Assembly (NCBI GenBank): GCA_951406725.2
Contig: OX597821.1
Coordinates: 80,352,001 to 80,416,000 of the forward strand
Length of the DNA: 64,000 bases
Direction: 5' to 3'
From: Octopus vulgaris
Taxonomy: Eukaryota
How positions within the stretch are numbered: position 1 is the first letter of the stretch; each line of letters begins with the position of its first letter. The notes below the pieces were generated by a model. The model was not told the origin of the DNA. It saw only the letters and a program-made list of their open reading frames with translations, and searched no databases. Shown piece by piece: positions 54,801 through 64,000 of this stretch. Made by a program: the position numbers and the translations under genes.

Positions 54801-55785
54801 AGACATCAGAGACTCTACGGCCCCCATGGGAGGATTAACTTTACTTCTTTCAGGAGACTTCAGGCAGACTCTACCTGTTATTCCAAAAGGAACCCGTGCC
54901 GATGCCGTGCGCGCGTGCCTTAAGTCGTCAGCTCTTTGGGCACATGTGCGGCCCTTGCACCTCCAAACTAACATGCGCGCGCAGTTAATTGGTGACAGCG
55001 GATCCGCTGCATTCTCCAGGGACCTCTTATCGCTCGGTGAAAATAGGATGCTGTCTGATGCGGATGGCTACGTTCAATTGGACTCACTTTGCACCATTGT
55101 CGACACCCCTGCTAGCCTCCGGGACGCTGTCTTCCACGACCTACAAAACAATTTACGCGACCTAAAATGGCTGGCAGGCAGAGCTATTCTCGCACCCAAA
55201 AATACAACCGTCAACTCCATCAATATCCAGCTACTTGAAGCTATTCCTGGTGATGTCCACGTCTACAAATCTATAGATAGGACAGCAGACCCCGCCCAGC
55301 TTGCCGATTATCCTGTTGAATTCCTGAATTCACTTGAACCGCCAGGCCTGCCACCACACATCCTGAAGTTAAAAGTCGGTGCGCCCATTATGCTCATCAG
55401 GAATTTGGTTCCACCTAAACAGTGCAACGGCACACGTTTGGTTGTGAAACATTTGGCACCACATTTAATAACGGCCACAATACTTACCGGTTGTGGGAAG
55501 GGAGAGGACGTCTTCATTCCACGGATGCACCTTCAACCGTCGGGCGCTGACCTACCAATCCACTTCAGGCGTTCTCAGTTTCCTGTTAAACTCTGCTTCG
55601 CAATGTCCATCAATAAATCCCAAGGCCAAACGCTACAAGTCGCTGGGTTACATTTGGGCGAACAGTGCTTCGCCCACGGTCAACTCTACGTGGGCTGTTC
55701 ACGCGTTGGGAGGTGCAATGATGTTTTCATGATTTCGCCCAAACGGACAGCTAGGAACATCGTATATACAGAAGTATTCCAGTGA
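51838..55785 (+). CDS. Helitron Rep (HUH endonuclease) plus Pif1 helicase, in the -1 frame relative to the upstream ORF (open from 51718)
   Basis: Rep motifs DLFITYTCNP, VEWQKRGLPHAHILIWL, YVCKYINKG. Helicase motifs LDAPGGTGKT, IVWDEC, GDFRQTLPV, QFPVKLCFAMSINKSQGQT, HGQLYVGCSRV. No internal stops. Confidence 0.97.
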   Translation, partial: GFNPDSSQFLEIIRKYNCSFQMTSFGAKIPPREGWMPTFKVQGQVYHLIGSLLPDEIQQSSFLQIYFIADYNHQVDARLGIIPGTSYVPRKDILLRLQTMLHDINSYVCSFRYALDSAPSPNFTVVIDADKRPHGEHERRFNAPACNEIAAVIHGEQHNSRDIIISSRGNNLHRISETHRSYDALQYPLLFPYGEDGYHFGIPLRQPSNQTTAASKTVSCRAFYSYRFMVREGEFNLLPRCRQLFNQFAVDMAARMESERLLYIKLNQTKLRSDSYIHLRDGLQQENDPRNIGKPCILPSTFTGGPRYMRERTQDALTYVRIYGRPDLFITYTCNPSCDEITRELLPGQSHTHRHDIVARVFRLNLGKMKDLIVKGQIFGHVRCHMFSVEWQKRGLPHAHILIWLTHKIETNDIDKFISAEIPDPDEDPGLYEIVRTTMVHGPCGPNYANTPCYKNGLACSKGFPKRFTLETQTGGDGYPLYKRRSPANGGRTITVGRHQVDNSYIVPYCPLLSKIFKAHVNVEFCSSIRSIQYVCKYINKGSDAAMFSIQRTTSRDEVSNYLAGRYLSSNEAFWRIYGFPLHQRHPAVVQLAVHLENGQRIYFTEQSAVQIATSPKDTTLTGFFKLCQRDDFARTLLYPQVPSYFVWSKNTWVRRKSGKNVESFPGVKFDSCLGRVYNIPPNQQECFYLRLLLHEVTGPTGFANIRTVNGVLCDTFREACMRLGLLEDDSQWDATMAEGALLQTHSALRHLFAILLQKCQLSDPLSLWMKYRDDMSHDFLRTAQQHCPSAEITFTNFIYNFALIQLEDAVIDMGGSALTEYGLPPPTREHANVMSAELLRETSYCIEELHQYVQDNEPRLLPDQRIAYNTIVDSVRQQRGGIFFLDAPGGTGKTFVTKLILAEVRRNTDIALAVASSGIAATLLPGGRTAHSAFRLPLDLAKSESPICNIAKNSEQADILRRCKLIVWDECTMAHKGALEALDRSLQDIRDSTAPMGGLTLLLSGDFRQTLPVIPKGTRADAVRACLKSSALWAHVRPLHLQTNMRAQLIGDSGSAAFSRDLLSLGENRMLSDADGYVQLDSLCTIVDTPASLRDAVFHDLQNNLRDLKWLAGRAILAPKNTTVNSINIQLLEAIPGDVHVYKSIDRTADPAQLADYPVEFLNSLEPPGLPPHILKLKVGAPIMLIRNLVPPKQCNGTRLVVKHLAPHLITATILTGCGKGEDVFIPRMHLQPSGADLPIHFRRSQFPVKLCFAMSINKSQGQTLQVAGLHLGEQCFAHGQLYVGCSRVGRCNDVFMISPKRTARNIVYTEVFQ

Positions 55786-57220
55786 AGACAAGACATTGCA
55801 ACGTCCACATGCACCTTCGTTCCCTGGAGGGAAAGGACTACATTGGGATTAGTCGTTGCCTACTAGGGGCTCTTACATACCCGGGCAACGCCGGGCTATG
55901 CTGCTAGTATATATATATATGTATGTATGTATACAGAGAAAGAGGGGGAAACACGCATACAGAGAAGCGAAGCGCACACGAGGAGAGAAAGAAAAAAGAG
56001 AAAGAAAGAGAATATGATGCATGCATAAAGAAAGAGTGAATATAAGAGAGAAAGAGAATCAACCATGGTGGCTTTGTTAGAAATATAAGTCTATAGAAGA
56101 AAGAGAGCAAAGAAAGCGAGTTGGTTAAGTAGTGATGGTTTATGTACATGTTTATCGTCTTGGTAACTTAAAGAGTTCGAACAATAATTGCTGTCTGGTA
56201 GCGACTTTTCGGGCAAAACAGACCCGTCCCAGTTTAATTTCTTAACCGCTGGACATGGAGGGCAGAAGTCGTAAAACGTTTTATAATTTTACGGCGAAAG
56301 AAATCTTCGAATTTTTAAGTATAGGATTTCAAAGACTAGTATGAAATACGAAATATATGTTCGAGAAGGTTCATGACATGAATTTCGAAGTATTAAACTT
56401 CATTTCAGTAAGTCGGTAAAACCGAATTAGCTTTATACATTTCTAGTTATTATATATTTAATTATAATTATAATGATTTTTATTATTATTACATATTTCA
56501 TTAATGAAAAAGTTGCAGATAGCAAATCGTTAGATCGTCGGACAAAATGCTTAGCAATACTTCTTCCGGCTCATGCTTTGAGTTCAAATTCTCACGAGGT
56601 TGACTTTTATTTCAGCCCCTCTAAGGTCGATAAAGTTGAGTACCAGTCAAGTGCTGGGATCAACATAGTCAACTTGCACTCATTTGAAAATAGCTGGGTT
56701 TGTATCAAGATTAGGAAGAATTATACTCCCTATGAGATGCCTATTCTGCTTTGCTGGTGGATATAGGGAAGTGGTAATTATTTTTTTGCGAATGGTGTGG
56801 GTGAGAAAGTGTGTGTGTTTCAAGTGAGGCTGGATGAGTGTATACTTATAGGCGCATGTACGTGGGTGTGCGGGCGCGCATGTGTAGGTATGGATATACG
56901 CGCTCACTCGAATACTATAAACACAACTCTACCTCCTTACTTTTACTCCCTTCCCTCACTTAGCGGTCATTCAAATAGCTATTTTGTCATAATAATGGTC
57001 AATCAGAATTTCCCTTTGTTTAACGGTCATTTTCATAGCATTTTCCCGATGGCCAGATAACTGAAGAGATAGCGGCGTGGATTTCCACCCCGACATCTGA
57101 AACTCGGAGTTTTATCATGGCTACCGAATAATTGTCACATATTACATTTACAGATAAATTCCTCTATTTACATAATATCGAGGTTTCTTTCATTCTTCTG
57201 TTGTCTCACCATTTCTATCA

Positions 57221-57259
<39 letters not shown>

Positions 57260-58982
57260 GAGATAGTGTGGGAAATTAGTGACACTGATGATGAGGGCTG
57301 AGTGAAAATATTTCAGGGGAACATTCTGCATGCTAAATACAAATACGACAGAACCTCCCATATATAATATTGTGAGCGGAACCGCTTTGCTTGATTTTCT
57401 ATAAATCTACCGAATTTGCCATCTAGTGCTCTTTATTACAATATTTATTTAACCCTGATAACGACAATAGTATCAACGTTAGCCCACCGATCACAAATTT
57501 GAGGAGAAGGCACAATCGATTAAATTATTCTCAGCAAGGAACTGCTTCTCGTTTTACTGACCCCAGAAAAAAGGAAGAACCAATTTTAATTCAGGTGGGA
57601 TTTGAACTGGAGGACGCAATGAAATTTGACTAAACACCAAAAGACATTTCCCCTACTGCCCTACCGATTCTTGATGGAATTTGAACTGCAAAGGTAAACG
57701 GACGTAACTAAATATCTGGTATTTTGCAGCCCCTACCCGATCCTTTCTGCATCCGCTCAGCCATTTCTGACAGTCCCTCGCTTTGCTTCAATAAAAATAA
57801 TAAGTTTAATGAAACAAGACAAGGAAGTTGTGAATGAAGAGAGAAATGCGAGTTTTAATCCCAATGTTGGTTTGTTTGTGTTAATTGACGATTTCACTTC
57901 GTCATTTGCTTTTTTCCCTTTTCTTTCTTTTTGTTTCTGCCTGCTTTTCTGTCTTCTGTCTGACTCTCTATCTCTCTCTTCGCCTCTCTTTGTCTTCCAT
58001 TTTCTCCATCTCCTTTCTCTTACACACATTTCATTCTCTTCTCGCTTCGTGCTTCTTTGTTTCTCTCTTTCCTCTTTTCCTCTCTTGTTTTCCCTTACTC
58101 GTTTCCTCCTTCCCTTCTACTTCTTTCTCTCCTTCTTTCCCTCTCTCCCTCTCGTTCCCTTCCCCCTCTCACCCTAGCTGTTGCTTTATTACTTGTACAA
58201 ACTTCGCCTCCTCCTTTTCTATTCCCTTCTCTATAACACACGTTTTCTCTGCCTCTTACCACTCGCTCACTTACTTTATCTTAATATCTCTAACTCTCTC
58301 TCTCTCTCCCTCTCTCCCCCTCTCTCTCTCTGTCTCTCTCCCACCTCTCTCACTCACACATACACACACGTATTGATTCTTTCATCCACTAAACTATTCT
58401 TCCTTCTCTATCTATGCTTCAACAGTTTACTATTTCCTGAACCTTATCACAGATATGTGTGTTTCTGATCAAATTCATAAAACCCCTTAAGTTCAAAATT
58501 AGTCGTTTTAAAGATTTCTCCTCTTCACTTCATCTTCCTCCTTCACTTCGTTTTTCTCTTATTCCCATTTTTTCTCCTTTCTCCAACATTATGTTTTCTT
58601 ACACCTCCTCATATGGCTACCCGATATTATGACAGGTGGCAGGGGGTGGGGTTAGGTCCCCCTACCCTCTTGTATCTTTCTTTATATTACTGCTATCTTA
58701 AAGACAATAAAAAAGGAAGGTACTGGCTCAAAAATGCTTCCTTCTTTTCCCGTTCCCCACGTCTTCCCTCTACAGATTTCCGGTGAGCTATCTAGTTAGT
58801 GCTGTCTTACACGCTCCCTAAGAAACGTCTGTTGTACCCAAGAGTTCGTCCCCACCCGTTATTATTTCTACGACACTTACCCACTAAAAAGATCCCTCGA
58901 AGTGACAGAGGCAATTGAGTGGAAATATACTTTCGAACCTTCACTTCCCGGTACTCTCTCTTTCTCTCTCTCTTTCTTTTTT

Positions 58983-59021
<39 letters not shown>

Positions 59022-59042
59022 ATCTTTCTTTCTTTCTTTCAT

Positions 59043-59119
<77 letters not shown>

Positions 59120-59297
59120 GAATACAGCTGCTGTTATTTTTCCGGGGTCGATAAAATAAGTAGCAGTCAAGTGCTGGGGTCAATTTATTCGACCGTGTGT
59201 GTGTGAGGGGGAGCAAAAGCCCTTACAAATACATGTGCGTGTGCGTGTATATGTGCATGTATGACTGTGTGTTTATGTAAATACATAAATATATATA

Positions 59298-59845
59298 GAT
59301 GCAGGAGTGGCAATATAGTAAGTAGCTTGCTTCCCAACCACATGGTTCCGGGTTCAGTCCCACTGCGTGGCACTTTGGGCAAGTGTTTTCTACTATAGCC
59401 TCGGGCCGACCAACGCCTTGTGAGTGGATTTGGTAGACGGAAACTGATAGAAGCCCACCGTATATATATATATGTTTGTGCGTCTGTGTTTGTCCCCCAC
59501 CATCGATTGATAACCGATACTGGTGTGTTGACGTCTCCGTAACTTAGCGATTCGACAAAAAAACGATAGAATAAGTACTAGGTTTACAAGGAATATGTCC
59601 TGGGGTCGATTTATTCGACTAAAGGTGGTGCTCCAGCAAAGTCACAATTAAATGACTGAAACAAGTAAAAGAGTAAAAGAATATAGGATGTGTGGTAAGT
59701 AGCTTGCTTACCAACCACATGGTTCCGGGTTCATTCCCGCTGCGTGGCACCTTGGGCAAGTGGATTCTACTATAGCCTCGGGCCGACCAAAGCCTTGTGA
59801 GTGGATTTGGTAGGTGGAAACTGAAAGAAGCCCGTCGTATATATA
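59298..59845 (+). mobile_element. Full SINE family A followed directly by the 5' half of a second copy
   Basis: 59298-59682 and 59688-59845. Confidence 0.88.
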
Positions 59846-60549
59846 TAAATAATTATTACTCTACATTTAGGGACAGGAATAGACGTAACAGTACAGGTCT
59901 TAGTAAATTGATTTGGTATCTCAAACACCAGAGTAGACAATTTAATTTAGATTCTCTCAATTTCGATACCTTATGATAAAGGCAAGGAATTCTGTCTTCT
60001 CTGAAATTCTGAACTATTTTTATTTGTTTTTTCTAAAAATCCTCTTGTAAACACGGTTATCGAACGTGCATACAGATGCAAACATTAGTAGAAACACACC
60101 TTTAGTTCATATAAATAATATATAATAATTATATATAATTTAAACATTAATTTTCTTCTTACATTTCACATTCACTAGATATATCTTTTTCCAAGACTAT
60201 AGAGCTTCATTTAATATAAATATCGTTATATATTTCTCATTTATTTGATCTTTTCTTTCCTTTACCCCTCCTTTTTCTATAGGCTACCTTTGACGTTATA
60301 TCCTCTAACTTTTTTTTAAACAAGCTTAATAGCGTTCAGTTAATCACTATACATATCCATCATATTCTGTTAAAATGACTTATTGACGAGTTTCATTTCT
60401 TCATTTCCCTGAAGAGAAGATTACATTGTTTAACACCATTTTATTCCTTTGGAATAATACCAGTGATATCTTCGAAACATGTGTCGGAAGTAAAAGAATT
60501 TGAATAACACCTGCGTTTAACTCCATATATGTGTGTGTGTGTGTGTGTG

Positions 60550-61178
60550 TGCGTGTGTCTGTGTTTTTCTCCCCAACATCACTTGACAACCGATGCTGGT
60601 GTGTTTACGTCGCCGTAACTTAGCGCTTCGGCAAAAAGAGATCGATAGAATAAGTACTAGGCTTATAAAAAATAGGTCCTTGGGTCGATTTACCCCACTA
60701 AAGGTGGTGCTTCAGCATGGTCGCAGTCAAATGACTGAAACAAATAAAAGAATATATATGTATCTTTATATATATATATATCTATATATATATATACATA
60801 TATATCTTTTACTCTTTAATTGTTTCAGTCATGCAATAGCGGCCATGCTGAGACACCACCCTGAAGAACTTTGAGTCGGAGGAACTGACCCAATACTGAT
60901 ACTTATCCTATCAGTCGCTTTGCCGAATCTGCAAGCTATGGGGACGTAAACACGCCAACACCGGCCGTCAAGCGGTGGTGGGAGATAGACATTGGCACAC
61001 ACACATATACATGTATGTATATATATACCATGAGCTTCCTTCAGTTTCCGTCTACCAAATTCACTCGCAAAGCTTTGGTCGGCCTGAGGCTATAGTAGAA
61101 GATACTTACCCAAGGTGCCACGCTGTGGGACTGAAACCGGAGCCATGTAGTTGGGAAGCAAGCGTCTTACCACGCAGC
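60550..61178. mobile_element. Two SINE family A copies tail-to-tail (60550-60752 +, 60808-61178 -)
   Basis: Family A 3' region on both strands, separated by a TA-rich tract. Confidence 0.8.
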
Positions 61179-62419
61179 AATATTATAAAACATTTGTTTT
61201 GTTTTTTTTTACTCATACAGAACAGCATTCACTAATGTACGCTTTCTTAACTTTCCTAAAATATATCAAATGTGAAATAACGTTTTTTATTTCTATTTTT
61301 CTAATAAATGCTTCACAGTGAAATTACTTTAAACATTAAATAAATTTTAAACGTCTAAAGAGAAGATGGAAAGTTATAATATGGGAAAACGTGATACTTT
61401 CATAGTGACTTGCTTGAAATATGCGAGGAAAATAAATCAATAATTTTACATACGTACACACATGCGTGCACACATGCTCACACGAACAACACATTAAAAA
61501 AATCAACCAGATTATAACATTTGCTTTCTAATCGATCAGTCAAGAATCTAATAAGAATTGATATTAAAAAATATGCTTGAATATCATTCCTCACGGGATT
61601 GATTTTTCTTGTAAAATAAGAAAATCCAACAAACCTGAAGTTATAAATGAATTTCATTTTTTGTCCAACTTAAAGTGGGTGTTTTGTTAGAACACTGAAA
61701 ACTACGTTATTTACATAGAGAGGACCTTTCATATGGAGGTGTGGTGCATAAAAGCATACGTGTTTACATCGTGGACAGCCACTGAGACTGCTACACCACG
61801 CGATTTCAACGTATTTGTTACTCTTCGGTGGCAGACGTCCGATAGCATTATAACAACCGAATCTCACTGTCAGCGATGTATTTCAGTGTCTTTTCGGGAA
61901 CTGATGTTGCAAATAACCAGCAAGCTGATTAAAAAATAATTAATAACGACAGAAACAGTATTAACGCCGAAAGGTCATCTTTATGGTCAGCTTAACGTGG
62001 ATATTATTTTAATTTGAATCTAATTTTTATCATTATTCATTGAGAAAATAATTACTTTGATAGAAATCAAAAATGAATTATGCAAGTATTTTTCTCATTT
62101 TCTTTTATATAAATAAGAAAAAAATGTACCAGTCAAATATTAGAACCGTTCTCATCGCTTACAAAAACAGTTATATAATAGACGCTGTTAAAAGGTTAAA
62201 AATGGTGGCGTTTCCTTTCTGGCGATCCCTTCAAATATCACTTGAAGTGGAGTGTAAGAGTAGAGACCACCACATTCGATGAAATATAGGCGACGAAATT
62301 AGCATTAGAGGGCTGATAATCGCAATCTGTCTGTAGTTAGTAGTCAGGAGAGGACACGAGGCTCATAATTCGAAGGTGATCAAAAGCATGGGAGTCTCTG
62401 TTCTTCCGTAGGGAGTAGT

Positions 62420-62901
62420 TTCTCATTTTTTTCTTTGGCATTGGATGTGAACAGCTTATTTTGCTTGTAAAACTTGTTTCTCTTCTCAAATTTTCGTATT
62501 CTTTGAGCTTTTGCTTGGACTTTTTGTTTCAGCGTTTCTTTTATTGATATCAGTTCTTCTTTTGGTGAGGATCCAAATTTTCTCTTCATCTTTCTTCCTG
62601 TTCTGGATCTTACATCATTTCCACATATTAGTTCATTTAATATTGATATTTCCCCCCTCATAAATTCAATCTCTTTTTCAATTTTACTTCTCCAGGTTTG
62701 ATTTCTTCCCAGGTTTGGTTTTCTTTGTTTTTTCGGGGGCATACAGCTGGTTTCAATTGCCCTAGCAGAAGCTTAGGTCTGCTCTCATCGCTCCCATGCG
62801 CACACGGTGAACTAGTTCAGCTGCTCAATGGAATTATGAGAGACCCAAAGAAAACACCTGAATGGTTAGCAAGTGGTATTACTTACCTACTCCCAAAGGA
62901 G
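62420..62901. mobile_element. Rearranged R4/Dong-like fragments: pre-RT region on the - strand (to ~62760) joined to the RT N-terminal region on the + strand (~62775-62901)
   Basis: WRSKIEKEI..ETLKQKVQAKAQRIRKFEKRNKFYKQNKLF on -, and HGELVQLLN..PEWLASGITYLLPK on +; both resemble R4-clade ORF segments. Confidence 0.7.
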
Positions 62902-63044
62902 TAGGCGAGGGGTGAAAGAGTGATTGTACCCATGTGGTCCAGCAAAGGAGCGGTCAGCAGAGGTCAAATATATGTTTATTACCGACTCACCTTGTGCGTT
63001 TTAATTACCGATAGAAAAACAGAAATAAAATACACACACTCACG

Positions 63045-63845
63045 TATATATAATTTCTATATATATAAATTGCTTAAATTAGTTATCCGGCGGCGTTTAA
63101 GAGTGTTCTTGTAGAAATTTCTGGTTTTTTTTTCATATTTGGCTATTCACAGTACAATGTATATATTAAAGATGATCCTTTGTGTGTTCAGCAATTTTAA
63201 ATTTTTTATCATTTGTGTGTTCGTCCAGAGAAAACTGAATATAATCAAGTTTTTAAGGCTGTAAATTGTTTAAGTAAAGATAGCCAGAGGCGTTTAAGAG
63301 TGTTCTTGCAGAGAAATTTTTTTTACATATTTGACTATTCACAGTACAGTGTAGATATTAAAGTTCTTAAAGATGATCGTTTGTGTGTTCATGGAGAGTT
63401 TTACTTTTCACATAATATTGTAGATATTAATGTTTTTAGAGATGATCGTTTGTGTGTCCGTCCAGAGAATACTGAAGATAGTCAAGTTTTTAAAGTTATT
63501 TAGAATGACTTTTTAAATACTCACAGAGGATTATAGATACTTCAGTTTTCAAAAAATGTTTTTGGTTGTAATAGAATGTCTGTGTATATATATATATATA
63601 ATTTCTATATATATAAATTGCTTAAGTTGGATAACCGGAGGCGTCTAAGAGTGTTCTTGCAGAGAAAAAAGGGATGTTTACATATTTGGCTAGTCAGAGA
63701 GAAAAGAAGAGTTTTGGGTATTCATAGGAAATTTTAGATATTAAAGTTTTAAAGATGATTGTTTGTGTGTTCGTCCAGTGAAAATTGTAGATAATCAAGT
63801 TTTTAAAGCTAATTAGAATGAGATTTTAGGTACTCACGGAAAATT
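63045..63845 (+). repeat. Composite degenerate tandem repeat
   Basis: Recurrent ggcgtttaagagtgttcttg, gatgatcgtttgtgtgttc and atcaagtttttaa blocks; higher-order restart near 63595. Confidence 0.8.
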
Positions 63846-63917
63846 CCTGTGTCTTCAGCTGCTGACTTATCAGAGCAGCAAAAGACACGTCCAGCTGCTA
63901 CCAGGGCAGGCTGGCTA

Positions 63918-63950
<33 letters not shown>

Positions 63951-63951
<1 letters not shown>

Positions 63952-64000
63952 GTAGTTTTATTTTTATAGCGTGCTTTCACTTCACTACCGAGCGCAGCTC
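63951..64000 (-). mobile_element. 3' end of a second R4/Dong-like copy in (TAA)n, running off the window
   Basis: gtagttttatttttatagcgtgctttcacttcactaccgagcgcagct is identical to 3883-3930. Confidence 0.9.

Larger units (their letters stand above)
49764..55907 (+). mobile_element. Full-length autonomous-type Helitron (6144 bp)
   Basis: 5' A|TCTCTCTATATATAAA; 3' hairpin CCCGG-GCAACG-CCGGG at 55880-55895, then CTAG|T at 55904-55908; no TSD; encodes Rep-Hel. Confidence 0.97.

Noticed and set aside
51988-55517. Antisense and alternate-frame ORFs within the Helitron
   Set aside because: Expected shadows of a GC-rich coding sequence; no motifs.

Overview
This is AT-rich, microsatellite-saturated eukaryotic DNA. 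The SINE families suggest an octopus genome (inference from recalled repeat sequences). I found no convincing host exon, and nearly all short ORFs in the track are microsatellite artefacts. Recognisable elements: (1) a full-length 6.1-kb Helitron (49764-55907) with both termini, whose STPR/Zn-finger part and Rep-Pif1 part are separated by a single -1 frame change that falls on a canonical G_GGT_TTA slippery heptamer; (2) a 1.87-kb ORF1-only (HAL1/Tx1-like) retroelement with a 13-bp TSD inserted into the tRNA-like head of a SINE; (3) R4/Dong-like RLE retrotransposon pieces in (TAA)n; (4) decayed maT, mariner, Tigger and RTE fragments; (5) many SINEs of about four families; (6) a 954-bp tandem duplication. 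The least obvious signal is a set of short non-coding elements, mostly flanked by (TA)n and often folded back, that carry minimal type I hammerhead ribozyme motifs of the Penelope-like kind. These include intact cores at 9649-9723(-), 26745-26819(+) and 31738-31784(+), a covarying 3' stem, and a multicopy subfamily with a fixed non-canonical core CUGUNGA (A6U). All structures were read by eye, and boundaries of decayed elements are approximate.
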